Source of the DNA: Candidatus Freyarchaeum deiterrae
Lineage (GTDB): Archaea; Asgardarchaeota; Jordiarchaeia; Jordiarchaeales; Jordiarchaeaceae
Assembly (NCBI GenBank): GCA_037305845.1
Contig: CP147778.1
Location: 736,001-800,000, forward strand
Reading direction: 5' to 3'
DNA length: 64,000 bases
Below, in pieces: positions 50,077-60,579 of the stretch. The position numbers and the translations under genes were made by a program. Below the pieces are notes generated by a model. It did no database searches. It was not told the DNA's origin and saw only the letters and a program-made list of their open reading frames with translations. Each line of letters begins with the position of its first letter. Positions within the stretch are counted from its first letter, which is position 1.

Positions 50077-50652
50077 TTAAGTCTTTGTGAAGTGATCCAG
50101 CGTTAATTCTGGTTTGTTCTCTTTGGTTTTCTGCTTTTTTGCGGTTTTTGTTTTTGGCTTGGGTTTTTCTTCTTTAGCTTCTTTTTTTGGTTTTGTTTCT
50201 ATCTGTTTCTCTTTTCTTGGTTTCTCTTCTTTAACTTCTTTAGGAATCCGACTAGGTTTTTTGGTTTTTAAGTGTTCTATTAGTGGCTCTTTTTCTTTTT
50301 TAATTGGCTTTTCTTGTATTTGTAACTCTACCTCGTTGTATTCTATTTTGCTTCTTATTGGATATGGTTTCACGTTTGCTAGCTCCTCGTTGCCGATTTT
50401 TTTATCAAATTTGTAAAGAGGGGGAAAATTACTTTTCTCTTTGAGGGTTAGGGTTTCATTTTGTTTTTCTAAAATTTTTTCTTCAAGAGCCAGGGTGAGT
50501 ATTTTCTGAGCTGTTGATGGTGGCAGTTCCTTATGTATTCCCCAGTTGAAGGAGAGGTAGAAGCACCATCTGCTCGGACTGAGGTATTTTTCACAAGATA
50601 ATTGGAAAGGAATCTGTGAGAGAAAGAGCAGGTCTTTTTTAACTATCGGCAT
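50077..50652 (-). CDS. DUF2240-like protein with Lys-rich tail and PIP-box-like C-terminus
   Basis: FYLSFNW...PSTAQKILTLALEEKIL; ends ELTLDHFTKT. Confidence 0.65.
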   Translation of the reverse strand: MPIVKKDLLFLSQIPFQLSCEKYLSPSRWCFYLSFNWGIHKELPPSTAQKILTLALEEKILEKQNETLTLKEKSNFPPLYKFDKKIGNEELANVKPYPIRSKIEYNEVELQIQEKPIKKEKEPLIEHLKTKKPSRIPKEVKEEKPRKEKQIETKPKKEAKEEKPKPKTKTAKKQKTKENKPELTLDHFTKT

Positions 50653-50802
50653 TTCTCATGCATCCATTTTATTTGTTTGAATAGTTTAACCGAGGGAATG
50701 AAGAATAAATACTGTAATCATCTTCTTGGTTTCATTATTTCTTATTTAAAGACTTCTACTAACCTTTAAGAATGTTTTAGGAATAATCAGTTTTTTGTAT
50801 TT

Positions 50803-51849
50803 CTATGGTTTTTTGCCGAGAGTTGCCACCATTAATGCTATAGCATACGCTGGAGACATGTCCGCTCCCTTCCCGCCAATAATCTGCCCCAAATCAATTA
50901 TATCTCCAAATCCAGCTTTCGTTGCGGCTTTACTGGCCAAAAAATTTCTTCCAGTCCCAGTTACAACTACTCTCTTAATAGCAGTGTTCTTAGCGGCAAC
51001 CTGGATTAGAGCTTCTCTTATCTGGCTCAACTGGCATTGATAAATGTACTGGGCGATCTCATAAATCTCATTTCTCTGAAGCATGTCCGTATCCGCACAC
51101 ACTACTCGAGCCAAGCGTGCCAAACTGTACTCGACAGTTTTTTCTCTGCCATCCGCGGTTTCACAAGAATACTCTTCTTCACTGATATTATTAAGAATCA
51201 AGTGCACATCGGCTGAAAGAGCGAACTTCTCTGATGAAACTCTACAATTCTTGCCCCAAACTGGAATACTACTCACAATCGCGGGTATCGTTGTTCTTAG
51301 TGCACCCGTGTAAACAAGTTCTCCCGATATTAGTCTCTCAGTATCTGTTTTTCCAATGGTCTTCGGTTTCCCGTTCACTATTGGTATAATGTCTGTGGTG
51401 GTGCTTCCTGCATCTACTAGAAAACAGTCCTTAATGCGGCGACCCACCATCCAAGATGTCGCAGCCCAATTAGCCGCAGCCACTCTCAGAGGGTTTTTCC
51501 TAGCTTCACCAAGGTTTATGAGATTAGCGTCGACGTCAACTACCCAGATACTGGTTTCGGGAAATGTCCCTTCTATGGAGTCGAGAATATGGTTTACTCC
51601 CTCACGCTTGGTTTGATAGGCGTCAGAAAGCTCCGCGGTCATTGTGACTCCTACAGAGTGGGGGCTTCTATCTTTACACAGGTCATCTCGAACTTTGGCT
51701 AAGAGTTGAGGTAGTTCCGAAAGGGAATGTTGCCAAATAGGGAAATATACCGAACGAGCCTCGTAACTATCCACAGTATCTCCAGGGCCTATGTACAATG
51801 CCACGGCCTTCGTGTTTACGCCCCCTATGTCCCATCCTAAAAATAACAA
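50803..51849 (-). CDS. mfnF: Hydantoinase A-like methanofuran biosynthesis protein MfnF
   Basis: GWDIGGVNTK, TMTAELSD, AAANWAAT, DAGSTTTDIIP, ELVYTGALRT, RLARVVCAD. Confidence 0.85.
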   Translation of the reverse strand: MLFLGWDIGGVNTKAVALYIGPGDTVDSYEARSVYFPIWQHSLSELPQLLAKVRDDLCKDRSPHSVGVTMTAELSDAYQTKREGVNHILDSIEGTFPETSIWVVDVDANLINLGEARKNPLRVAAANWAATSWMVGRRIKDCFLVDAGSTTTDIIPIVNGKPKTIGKTDTERLISGELVYTGALRTTIPAIVSSIPVWGKNCRVSSEKFALSADVHLILNNISEEEYSCETADGREKTVEYSLARLARVVCADTDMLQRNEIYEIAQYIYQCQLSQIREALIQVAAKNTAIKRVVVTGTGRNFLASKAATKAGFGDIIDLGQIIGGKGADMSPAYAIALMVATLGKKP

Positions 51850-51927
51850 GACAAAACCATCCTTCAGTTTAGCTTTATTTTATTAATTCTCATTTCTCCG
51901 CCATTTCGATTAAACCAGTTGGTGCTG

Positions 51928-53175
51928 TTAGCTCTTTTTTGTTAACTCTTTTATTATTTTCTTTTTTATTTCTACTATCTTCAACTTTGCAAGCTCTTCG
52001 TTTTCGGAGTACGCCACCAGAATTGCTTGCTTTTTTCCCTTAACTGGAAAAGGCGGTGCCGCGACACCATCGAGCCCCGCAATTATTCTCAATTTATCCT
52101 TATCCATTTTTATAGTATCCGGAAGCTCTACTTTTTTGAAGTAAGCGCACCCCTCGAGGTTAACTTTTGACGGTAAAATTTTACTAGTAACCGCTTCAGA
52201 TATCATCCTCGCAACGTTTTGCTTAAGAACTCTTCTCAAACCCAAATAAGAGGTTGTGAGACGCGGATTAACTTCCAGAATCGTTACCTCATCCTCGGAA
52301 AGTATGAGATCCACTCCCGCGTATCCCTGTAGCCCTTCGATATTTTCGACAAGGGTTTTCACAGCCTCAAAGGCCTTCTCCCTTAATCTGTGTTTTAGAG
52401 GAAGGTATCCTCCCTCGTACTTGGATTCCTCTAATGGGGATTTCATTCTCATGAACTGGAAATTTAGAGACAGGGGAAAGCCGGTTTCTCCATTCGAGAT
52501 TAAGCTAACGCTCCCATCCAAGCCCTTTACGAATTCTTCTAAGAGGAACACATCACATTTACTTACGCTACGAATCTTTTCTACGGCTGGTGGGATTTCA
52601 TTGCTTTTTGTTACGAGACTCATTCCCTCGCTTCCAGCGCCGTCTAAAACCTTAAAGACCACAGGATATCCTATGTCGCTAGCCATTTTTTCGATGTTGG
52701 AAATGGAAGCTTTGATTTTTGGAAGTCTGTGTTTCGGTACTTTTAATCCCAGTTTTTTCGCTATTTCAAGAAGTTTGTTCTTATCGGTGGTTAGTTCTAT
52801 TGACTTGGGTAAAGGGCTAAAAAGTTCAACCCCAGAGTTAACAACTTCTGAGGCTAACGAGTAAAGCACACCGCCTGTTTCGGGTGCGATTAAAAACGCG
52901 GCGTCAACCCCGCTTAGAATTTCCCGAAGAAACATTGAATCTGAACCATGCACCACTTTGACATGATTAGCTTGCAGAGGCGGATCGAATTCAGCTATCC
53001 GGTGGTCGAGCGTAGTGTACACCTCAAAACCTGCTTTTCTGAAATCCTCAACGGCGCAGCGCAGCATAGCATAAGCTTCACCAATCAGGCTCGAAAGCTC
53101 TCCCTCAACAAAACCTCCACCAGAAAAAAATTCAAAAACCAATAATTTCAACTCAACCACCAGAACATATTTCAA
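51928..53175 (-). CDS. mfnD: ATP-grasp tyramine--L-glutamate ligase MfnD-like
   Basis: EAYAML, IAPETGGVL, DGAGSEG, PLSLN.Q, EVNPRLTTSY; adjacent to mfnF. Confidence 0.8.
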   Translation of the reverse strand: MKYVLVVELKLLVFEFFSGGGFVEGELSSLIGEAYAMLRCAVEDFRKAGFEVYTTLDHRIAEFDPPLQANHVKVVHGSDSMFLREILSGVDAAFLIAPETGGVLYSLASEVVNSGVELFSPLPKSIELTTDKNKLLEIAKKLGLKVPKHRLPKIKASISNIEKMASDIGYPVVFKVLDGAGSEGMSLVTKSNEIPPAVEKIRSVSKCDVFLLEEFVKGLDGSVSLISNGETGFPLSLNFQFMRMKSPLEESKYEGGYLPLKHRLREKAFEAVKTLVENIEGLQGYAGVDLILSEDEVTILEVNPRLTTSYLGLRRVLKQNVARMISEAVTSKILPSKVNLEGCAYFKKVELPDTIKMDKDKLRIIAGLDGVAAPPFPVKGKKQAILVAYSENEELAKLKIVEIKKKIIKELTKKS

Positions 53176-53334
53176 GCTAAGCTACGAAGAAATCTAAAAC
53201 AATTCCCATTCTCTTAACTATCAACAAGTTTTTTAAATCAGATACACGACTCCAGCTTAAAAAAATTTACAACTCTTTTAAACTTTTAAAGAAAAAGTTT
53301 ATCTGTCTGAAGTATTTACGCTCTTTCAATCCGA

Positions 53335-54075
53335 ATGGTGTTTGGTATGAGAGTAATACCAGTAATAGATATGTTAAAGGGAGAAGCTGTTCAGGCCATA
53401 AGGGGAGAGCGGCAGAAATATCAGCCCTTAAAAACAGTTCTAGCTCCCTCTTCGGATCCCACGGATATTGCAATAGCTTTTCAAGAGTCTTTTGGTTTCA
53501 ATGAGCTTTATATAGCGGATTTGGATGCAATAATGGGCACCGTATCAAACCTTGAGGTAATCAAAAAAATTTCTGATACCACCGATTTGAAACTTATTGT
53601 GGATGCAGGGGTAAACAATCCCAGAGATGCGAGGCGAATTTTGAAGGCGGGCGCAGAAAAAGTGATTATTGCCACTGAAACATTGAGTTCAATTAAACAG
53701 CTGGGAGAGTGCGTGAAAGCGGTTGGGAAACAGAAAATTGTGGGAAGCCTTGATTATAAGGAGGAACGAATTCTCACAAAGTCAGAAGAAATAATGAAAC
53801 TAAATGTTGCTAGAGCCGCAGAAATGTTTGAGAAGAATGGAGTTAGTGAAATCATTTTCCTACAACTCTCCCGTGTGGGCACCCTACAAGGGTTAGAAAC
53901 AAAAAACCTGAAAGAAATAATTCAAACAGTCAAAATACCAGTTTTAACCGGCGGAGGAATAGAAAGCGTAAGCGAAATAATTGCTTTGCGAAATCTGGGA
54001 GTAGCCGGTGTGTTGGTTGCAACCGCGCTGCATAAGGGAAATATTCGCCCTGAAGACCTTCAAAATTTCGTATAA
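53335..54075 (+). CDS. HisA/HisF-related TIM-barrel protein (H4MPT-linked C1 cluster type)
   Basis: IPVIDMLKGEAVQAIRGERQKYQP, LYIADLDAI, RVGT..G, LVATALH; divergent from mfnD. Confidence 0.85.
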   Translation: MVFGMRVIPVIDMLKGEAVQAIRGERQKYQPLKTVLAPSSDPTDIAIAFQESFGFNELYIADLDAIMGTVSNLEVIKKISDTTDLKLIVDAGVNNPRDARRILKAGAEKVIIATETLSSIKQLGECVKAVGKQKIVGSLDYKEERILTKSEEIMKLNVARAAEMFEKNGVSEIIFLQLSRVGTLQGLETKNLKEIIQTVKIPVLTGGGIESVSEIIALRNLGVAGVLVATALHKGNIRPEDLQNFV

Positions 54076-54172
54076 AAACTAAATTAGAATAGTCTAAAGG
54101 GCTTCTTGCTTGTTTGATGTATTATGGCTTTGTGCGGCATGCTTATTATAATGTGTACAAGTGATATAAGTT

Positions 54173-54496
54173 GTGGACAAAATGAATGAAAAGACAATGT
54201 CTGCAAGGTTTGACCCTGAGCTGTATAAGGAAATTCTTGAATATGCCCGAGAGAAAGGCATACCTAAGACTAGGGCCCTGCGGGAATTGACGAAAGAGGG
54301 TGTGGAGAAATGGAAGCTGACGAGGGCTTTGTCCCTTTATAGAGATGGAAAAGCGACAATTTGGAAAGCATCACGTATAGCGGGGATCCCCCTCTCAAGG
54401 ATGATTGAGATCGCTTCATCCGAAAAGATCCCTATACATTTTTCAGAGGAGGATTTGGAGAGGGACTTCAAAGCCGTCTTTGGTGAAACCACTTGA
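54173..54496 (+). CDS. UPF0175-family antitoxin-like protein
   Basis: RHH-like N-terminus; ALSLYRDGKATIWKASRIAG...EEDLERD. Confidence 0.8.
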   Translation: MDKMNEKTMSARFDPELYKEILEYAREKGIPKTRALRELTKEGVEKWKLTRALSLYRDGKATIWKASRIAGIPLSRMIEIASSEKIPIHFSEEDLERDFKAVFGETT

Positions 54497-55002
54497 AGAT
54501 TATCTTCAACGCTAGCCCTCTTATTTATCTGGGAAAGAAGAGAAGAATTGATCTTCTAAAAACAATGTTCGAAAAAATCATCATTCCATCGGAGGTAGAG
54601 AAAGAAATAATGAAACTCCCCGAGAGCCCTGAGGCTGTACAGTTGCGAGAAGCTATTGAAGAGGGTTGGATATTGGTGAAACAGACTTCAGAAGACGAAA
54701 CACATAAGATTGCAAAACTGTTCCCAGAGATAGATGAGGGAGAAGCCTCTGTTATAGCTTTGGCAATTGAACAGAAAACGGAAAACATCATAATTGATGA
54801 TGCTGAAGCGAGGATAGCCGCTGAATACTTTAAGCTGAAGGTTCATGTCACTTTATACATTATATTAGAGGCGTTTAAACGCAACATTCTAAAATCCAAA
54901 GCCGAAGTGAGAAGCATGGTGGATAATATGCTGAGAAGAGGCTTCTACCTTTCTACAGAGATCTACGCGAAATTTTTATATCTTTTAGACAAAAGCAATT
55001 GA
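54493..55002 (+). CDS. PIN-domain (DUF3368-like) toxin
   Basis: FNASPLIYL, IP.EV..EI, DEGEASVIALA, IDDAEAR; overlaps the antitoxin stop. Confidence 0.85.
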   Translation: MKIIFNASPLIYLGKKRRIDLLKTMFEKIIIPSEVEKEIMKLPESPEAVQLREAIEEGWILVKQTSEDETHKIAKLFPEIDEGEASVIALAIEQKTENIIIDDAEARIAAEYFKLKVHVTLYIILEAFKRNILKSKAEVRSMVDNMLRRGFYLSTEIYAKFLYLLDKSN

Positions 55003-55084
55003 GCCCAAGCATATGCAACCCCCATCTGGTAGTTTCCCAAATTTAAAGAAAATTATTTTAGAGGGGAGGAACATTTAGACGATT

Positions 55085-55507
55085 ATGTCTGAGTGCTTAT
55101 TCTGTAAAATAGTCAGAGGAGAAGTAGAGTCGAAGAAGGTCTACGAAGACGATAACAACATAGCCATTCTCGATATAAATCCAAGGTTGCACGAGTGCCA
55201 AGTTTTGGTTATCTCCAGAACACACGTTAGACAGTTCTACGAGTTGAATGACGAAGAACTTGCCAGCCTCTTTAAAGCCGTCAAGGAAGTGTCGTTAATG
55301 ATTGAAAAGGCTTACAAACCGGAGTTCGTTTCAATCTTCAGTCGAGGACAGGGTGTAGCCCACGCCCACATTTTAGTGAGTCCGGCTTGGCACACCGACA
55401 TTATGCTGACGGGATTTATGTTGAATCGCATGAGTATTTTCTTCAATGCGGGAGTTTCACCGCAAGCTCTTGGTATAATAGCCGAAAAACTAAAGAACGC
55501 TAAATAG
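55085..55507 (+). CDS. HIT-family hydrolase
   Basis: CLFCKI, LDINP, HAHILV (third His of HxHxH not present). Confidence 0.85.
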   Translation: MSECLFCKIVRGEVESKKVYEDDNNIAILDINPRLHECQVLVISRTHVRQFYELNDEELASLFKAVKEVSLMIEKAYKPEFVSIFSRGQGVAHAHILVSPAWHTDIMLTGFMLNRMSIFFNAGVSPQALGIIAEKLKNAK

Positions 55508-55590
55508 TGCCTTGAAAAAACAAGTTTATGCAACCCTGGCTCTTCACCTGAAAAAAAGTGTGCAGTTTATCTTTTTGATTACCTGTACTT

Positions 55591-56355
55591 TCATATCATA
55601 GAATAACCGCCACTGACGCTTATGGTTTGACCTGTTATCCAACTTGAAACGTCGGATGCTAGGAAAGCCACCACGTTTGCTATGTCATCAGGCTCTCCCA
55701 ATCTGCGTATCACGTAAGCCTTTAACATTTTTTTAACCACTTCCTCACTGGAGGTCAAAGGTCCAGCTGATGGTGTTTTCGTTGTCCCGGGGCTTACGAC
55801 ATTAACGTTTATCATGTATCGTCCCAGCTCCTTGGCTAGTGCTTTCGAGAACCCTATTATGAATGCTTTAGTTCCGGAGTAGACTGCGAAGTAGGGCTCC
55901 CCAACTCTGCCCGCGTCGGAGGAGATATTTACTATTTTTCCGTATCTTCTCTCAATCATGTTTTGGATTACTGCCTTGCAACAGTTCAGGACACCATAAA
56001 CATTCACTTTTATGTCCGAATCCCAGCTTTTTACGTCCATATTAGAAAACATTCCAAAGGAACCGACCCCGGCATTATTAACAAGAATGTCGATATTCTC
56101 AAACTTCTCTAGTACATCATCCACCATGCTATTAACCGAGTCCCAATCAGTAACGTCCGCCCTAGCCTCAAGAGTTTCAACCCCGTAAGACCTCACTTCT
56201 TCAGCAACTCCTTTAATCTTTTCTTCGTCAATATCGTTTACCACAATGTTGGCGCCCTGTTTTGCAAGAGTAAGAGCAATAGACTTTCCGATTCCGCTAC
56301 CAGAACCAGTAACTATAGCTACTTTTCCCTTCAGCCCCAAATCCAAATTCATCAC
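55591..56355 (-). CDS. Short-chain dehydrogenase/reductase
   Basis: TGSGSGIG, LVNNAG, SSDAGRVG, YSGTK. Confidence 0.92.
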   Translation of the reverse strand: MMNLDLGLKGKVAIVTGSGSGIGKSIALTLAKQGANIVVNDIDEEKIKGVAEEVRSYGVETLEARADVTDWDSVNSMVDDVLEKFENIDILVNNAGVGSFGMFSNMDVKSWDSDIKVNVYGVLNCCKAVIQNMIERRYGKIVNISSDAGRVGEPYFAVYSGTKAFIIGFSKALAKELGRYMINVNVVSPGTTKTPSAGPLTSSEEVVKKMLKAYVIRRLGEPDDIANVVAFLASDVSSWITGQTISVSGGYSMI

Positions 56356-56495
56356 ATCCAATTTCTTCTTTAAACTCAAATTACCAATGGGATTGCTTGA
56401 AATATATTAACTTAATGCCAGCAATTATCCTACGTCTCATTGTAAAGGCTAACTTTAATAAGATTAATCGCAGCGTTGTGTCTAATGGTGATTAC

Positions 56496-57374
56496 TTGAA
56501 GATACTGGGGTTAGTTGGCAGTTACCGTAAACTCGGAAATACTGATGTACTCGTTAGAGAAGCCTTGATGAGTGCACAGGAGATGGGTGCAGATGTGGAA
56601 ATGCTCAGACTCACAGACCTTAACATTAAACCATGTAGGGGCTGTATGGCTTGCGTTTTTAAAAACGCTGATTGTAGAATAGAGGATGATGCTAACTTCT
56701 TTTTCTCAAAATTCTTTGAAGCAGATGGAATAATTCTAGGCTCTCCCATCTACATATTTGGCCCCGTTGGAATAGTTAAGATGATTATAGACCGATTCTT
56801 GCAGATCTCAACAAAATCCCAAAAGCTCGCGAATAAGGTGGGAGCAATAATCGCGATTGGAGGAGCCCCCGGAGCCGAAGGAACCATAATGCCGGGACTT
56901 GCCAGTTTCTTCACCTTCCTCGGAATCCCCATCGTGGATCAAATGCTGGCATACTCCCACGGTCCAGGCGAGATTCTACTCAACGAAGATGCAGTTGAAA
57001 AGGCGAACCAGATAGGAAGAGAGCTGGTGGAAGCCCTTGGAGATAATAGAGCCAAAACAAAATACATAAAAAATTCATCTGTGTGCCCAATATGCCACCA
57101 AAACTTTCTAGTCTTAAAGAATGGAACCCTAGAATGCGGTCTCTGCCACACCAAAGCAACCCCAAAAATAGAGCTAGGCAAACTCATTTTGGAATTCGGA
57201 AAAGCAGAATTGAAAAAGGATGAAGAGATACAGGAAGAAATAACGGGCCACATTGAAAATCTCTCCAAAACCGGTGTAAAATACCTTAAGCTCAGAGACG
57301 AAATCGATAAAAGAAAAGAAAAGTACAAAAACTTCGCAATAAAAGAGGCAAAGCCCCCTTCTTCAAATGAATAA
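56496..57374 (+). CDS. Iron-sulfur flavoprotein/flavodoxin-family protein with C-terminal CxxC...CxxC
   Basis: GSYRKLGNT, CRGCMAC....C..EDD, GSPIY; SD GGTGA before TTG 56496. Confidence 0.88.
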   Translation: MKILGLVGSYRKLGNTDVLVREALMSAQEMGADVEMLRLTDLNIKPCRGCMACVFKNADCRIEDDANFFFSKFFEADGIILGSPIYIFGPVGIVKMIIDRFLQISTKSQKLANKVGAIIAIGGAPGAEGTIMPGLASFFTFLGIPIVDQMLAYSHGPGEILLNEDAVEKANQIGRELVEALGDNRAKTKYIKNSSVCPICHQNFLVLKNGTLECGLCHTKATPKIELGKLILEFGKAELKKDEEIQEEITGHIENLSKTGVKYLKLRDEIDKRKEKYKNFAIKEAKPPSSNE

Positions 57375-57744
57375 TGCCGACTTAATGGTCTTTAAAGCTC
57401 CTTCCATTTCTCCAACTAACATAATTAAATGCCACCAAATTAAGATAAGAAGAAGGATAAAAAGAAGCAAATTGTGAAGTTTAGTAAGTTTGCCTCTGCA
57501 ATAAGGCTTTTAATAAAGTTAAATCGTAATATTTTACGATGTTTTATTCTCCAAATTGGAAATATGATTTCTTTTGGTGGATATATTGGATGAAACTGAA
57601 TCTATTAACCCTATTCAAATGTCTCTTGTTACTAGAAGTTTTCTTAATTCCAGCAATGCAGAATACCTCATCAATCCCAGTAAAGAGGAATACTATGCTT
57701 TCACCAGTGGTTGCTTGTGGCTCCAAGGAGGGTTAGAACACTGA

Positions 57745-58644
57745 TTGGTAGGAGGGTTGAAGATGTCTAAGGAAAGAAATACGAAGGGTATAATTGGAGG
57801 CGCGCTGGGAATCGTAACATCGGTTGCGGGTTTCGTATGGGTTGCGACTCTTTTGATTTTTATGTCTGATCTGATGAGCTATGCAGCCATTGTAAACTTT
57901 ATAGCTGGTTTTCCTATACCTGTCTTTGGCTTATCTGTCTTTAACGGCATCGTCGTCAGCTTAATAGTGCCCTACCCTGCTTCAGTCAACCTGACCATTA
58001 TGGCATCAATTATATTTGTGGGGTTCCTAATAGTCTTCGGTGTGATGGCCGGTCTGGGTTTTCGGTTCTACAGTGGGTCTAGTTTTTCAGCCTTCAATGC
58101 TACAGTCATCCTGAAGAGAAATTTTAGAGGGTCACTGTACTTTGCATGCAGCTTAATTGGAGCATTGATTGCTGGGACTCTAATCTTTATGGGCGGAATA
58201 TTACAGACAACAATTGTGTATAACTTTTTGATAATATATGGCTCGACGATATTCACACCGATACGTATTCCCGAGTTCCTGTACACTTGGATGGGACTGG
58301 TAGTTCTAGGCGTGGTGTTAATCATACTGGGTATGGCGACCATACGCATAAGTGGTTTGGTTAAATGGAGAGATTTCGCTATGGTTGCGGGGGTTCTGAG
58401 CATAGTCTGTGGGGCGATCTTTGGTCTACTCGTTCTCGTGGGTATAATTTACTCTACGCAGTTAGCCTATTTTGGGAATCAGCTATTAATAGCCTTCAGT
58501 TATCCAACGAATGCCAGCATGGCTGACGCAGTTAACTTTAGTTTCGAGTTCTCCGTCATGCTTTCGCTAGTGGGCTTTGGACTGCTATTCGTGGTGTCGA
58601 TCCTTTGGACAAGGATTCTCCTAGCCACCGGTTCGCCTGAATAA
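57745..58644 (+). CDS. Multi-pass membrane protein
   Basis: About 7 hydrophobic segments. Confidence 0.75.
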   Translation: MVGGLKMSKERNTKGIIGGALGIVTSVAGFVWVATLLIFMSDLMSYAAIVNFIAGFPIPVFGLSVFNGIVVSLIVPYPASVNLTIMASIIFVGFLIVFGVMAGLGFRFYSGSSFSAFNATVILKRNFRGSLYFACSLIGALIAGTLIFMGGILQTTIVYNFLIIYGSTIFTPIRIPEFLYTWMGLVVLGVVLIILGMATIRISGLVKWRDFAMVAGVLSIVCGAIFGLLVLVGIIYSTQLAYFGNQLLIAFSYPTNASMADAVNFSFEFSVMLSLVGFGLLFVVSILWTRILLATGSPE

Positions 58645-58861
58645 TATTCTTTAATTCCCTCCTTTTTTGTAAAGACATTTTTCAAAGGTTTTGATCGAAG
58701 TACTTGTTATAATCACTGAAAAACTTGTGAGAATAAATAAAGCTGCTTTAATTAAGGGTTGCCTCTATCATTAGGCTTTTAATTAAAATCTGCGAGCTTA
58801 AGTTAAGCGTGCTTTATTTCTTCAAAATGAAACACGACTTATTTTGGGAGAAGGAACTAGA

Positions 58862-60382
58862 ATGAAAAAGAAATTACTAACATTATTCATATTGGTTGCG
58901 CTATTGACAGTTTTCTCAATCCCAGCATTAAAATCTAGCAATTCGGCGCCTTTAATCCAGAATACAATATTCTCACAAATCGCTACTACCGCATCTAAAG
59001 GAGGCTCTGTGGAATTGAACGTACAAATCAATCATGCTATGGGGCTTTCTGTTGCGGTAACATTAAATGAAAGCTATATTTTCGTGGGAGGAGCCAATAT
59101 TACTAATACCTCCAGTGGGGCAACCCAACCTATGCTTTGGAAGTTCAATAATCTAGGAGGGCAAGAATGGAACACCACCGTAAACGTTACGGGAAGTATT
59201 TATAATGGCGGTTTCAATAAAGTTGCCATATCTCCTGATAATAGCTCAGTGTACGTGGTAGGGGTAAACAGCCAGCATGAGCCCATTTTGGTAAAATTTG
59301 ACGCCTCAAACGGCGGGTCCCCAATCTGGAACTACACACTCAGCGGAGAAGATTTTGGCCTATTTTTCACAGTTAAGGTTTCACCGGACAGTAATACTGT
59401 TTACGTAGCTGGAAGTAATTCTGATATATCATACCCAAGCATGTTCTATGTTAGTGCAATAAATGCCACCAACGGCATAGTTAAACCCGGTTGGCCGTAT
59501 GAGATATTCTTGAATGGTACTTACGACATTGGTTTAGCAAACGACTTGGCTTTATCACCGAGTGGTGACAAGCTATACGTGTCGGGTTATTACTCGGTTG
59601 TCAATGGAACAAGTGCCATGAAACTCGTAGCACTTGACACTTCTACCGGTTCCCAGTTATGGAATGTGACTTCTGGTGCGATGAGTAAGTTTAGTGCGAT
59701 TGACATATCTAAAGACGGAGAAAAAATTTATGCACTAGAAGACGCCCCATTATATCCACTTCCCTTTTATTATCCAACTTTTCCGGCGCAGTACACACAT
59801 TTAATCAGTATTAACACTACAGACGGAGCAGTTATAGAGGAATTACCTTTGAGCTATGAGCCCTATTTGCTTTCAGTATTTCTATGGACATCTTCAGGAT
59901 CTTTGGCTTTATCCTTTAATGAAAGCAAGCTAGACGCTGTGGCGAATAATCTTCCAGTGTTTTTGTATAATTATAATACACTTATGGTTGAAATGGACTT
60001 TTCAGGAACAGTTACTGGAGCAATTCTGGCTCCAAATAGCGAAATGATTCCTTCCGGTCTAGCACCAGCCAATGATAATAAGAGCGTATATATTGTCGGT
60101 TACCAGTACAATCTAGGGAATGGTCTAATTCCTACTATCGATTTTTCCATGTTTCTCCTGAAGGGAAGCCCTGAACCCGTTCCCTTGTCACCGTTTTTAT
60201 TGGTTCTCGAATTATCCTTTGTGAGTGCAGTATCCCAGAGTTTGGCAAATCGACTGAGCAATCCCTACGTCTTAGTCGGATTCGGAGTTGCTTTTGTTGC
60301 AATAGTGGCTATAAGTGTGATAATTCTCAGAAAAAAAAGGCAAATGATTGAGGATGTTAAAAAGGGGCCTTCTCGCTGGTAA
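58862..60382 (+). CDS. Secreted beta-propeller surface protein with C-terminal TM anchor
   Basis: Signal peptide MKKKLL; repeats SPD...VYV.G and G...W; many N-x-S/T sequons; TM followed by RKKR. Confidence 0.8.
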   Translation: MKKKLLTLFILVALLTVFSIPALKSSNSAPLIQNTIFSQIATTASKGGSVELNVQINHAMGLSVAVTLNESYIFVGGANITNTSSGATQPMLWKFNNLGGQEWNTTVNVTGSIYNGGFNKVAISPDNSSVYVVGVNSQHEPILVKFDASNGGSPIWNYTLSGEDFGLFFTVKVSPDSNTVYVAGSNSDISYPSMFYVSAINATNGIVKPGWPYEIFLNGTYDIGLANDLALSPSGDKLYVSGYYSVVNGTSAMKLVALDTSTGSQLWNVTSGAMSKFSAIDISKDGEKIYALEDAPLYPLPFYYPTFPAQYTHLISINTTDGAVIEELPLSYEPYLLSVFLWTSSGSLALSFNESKLDAVANNLPVFLYNYNTLMVEMDFSGTVTGAILAPNSEMIPSGLAPANDNKSVYIVGYQYNLGNGLIPTIDFSMFLLKGSPEPVPLSPFLLVLELSFVSAVSQSLANRLSNPYVLVGFGVAFVAIVAISVIILRKKRQMIEDVKKGPSRW

Positions 60383-60431
60383 AACCACGTAAAGCTGGCT
60401 ATCCTCAGTGTCTGAAAACGGCTTTACCAGC
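60375..60431 (+). terminator. 3' hairpin preceding T-rich tract
   Basis: GCTGGTAAA/TTTACCAGC inverted repeat spanning the stop codon. Confidence 0.35.
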
Positions 60432-60579
60432 CTCCATTTCAGTTAAATAATAGCCTTTCATTTCCCTCTTCTTTTTTTTAACACTACTTTTCTATAACTT
60501 GTAAAAACATTGGTAAATATTATTAAAAACGCTTTATATTCCAATAGTATAATACCCTGAGATTAGATTTAATTTAGGA

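Noticed and set aside
57539-57736. Overlapping 60-65 aa ORFs
   Set aside because: No coding signature or family resemblance.
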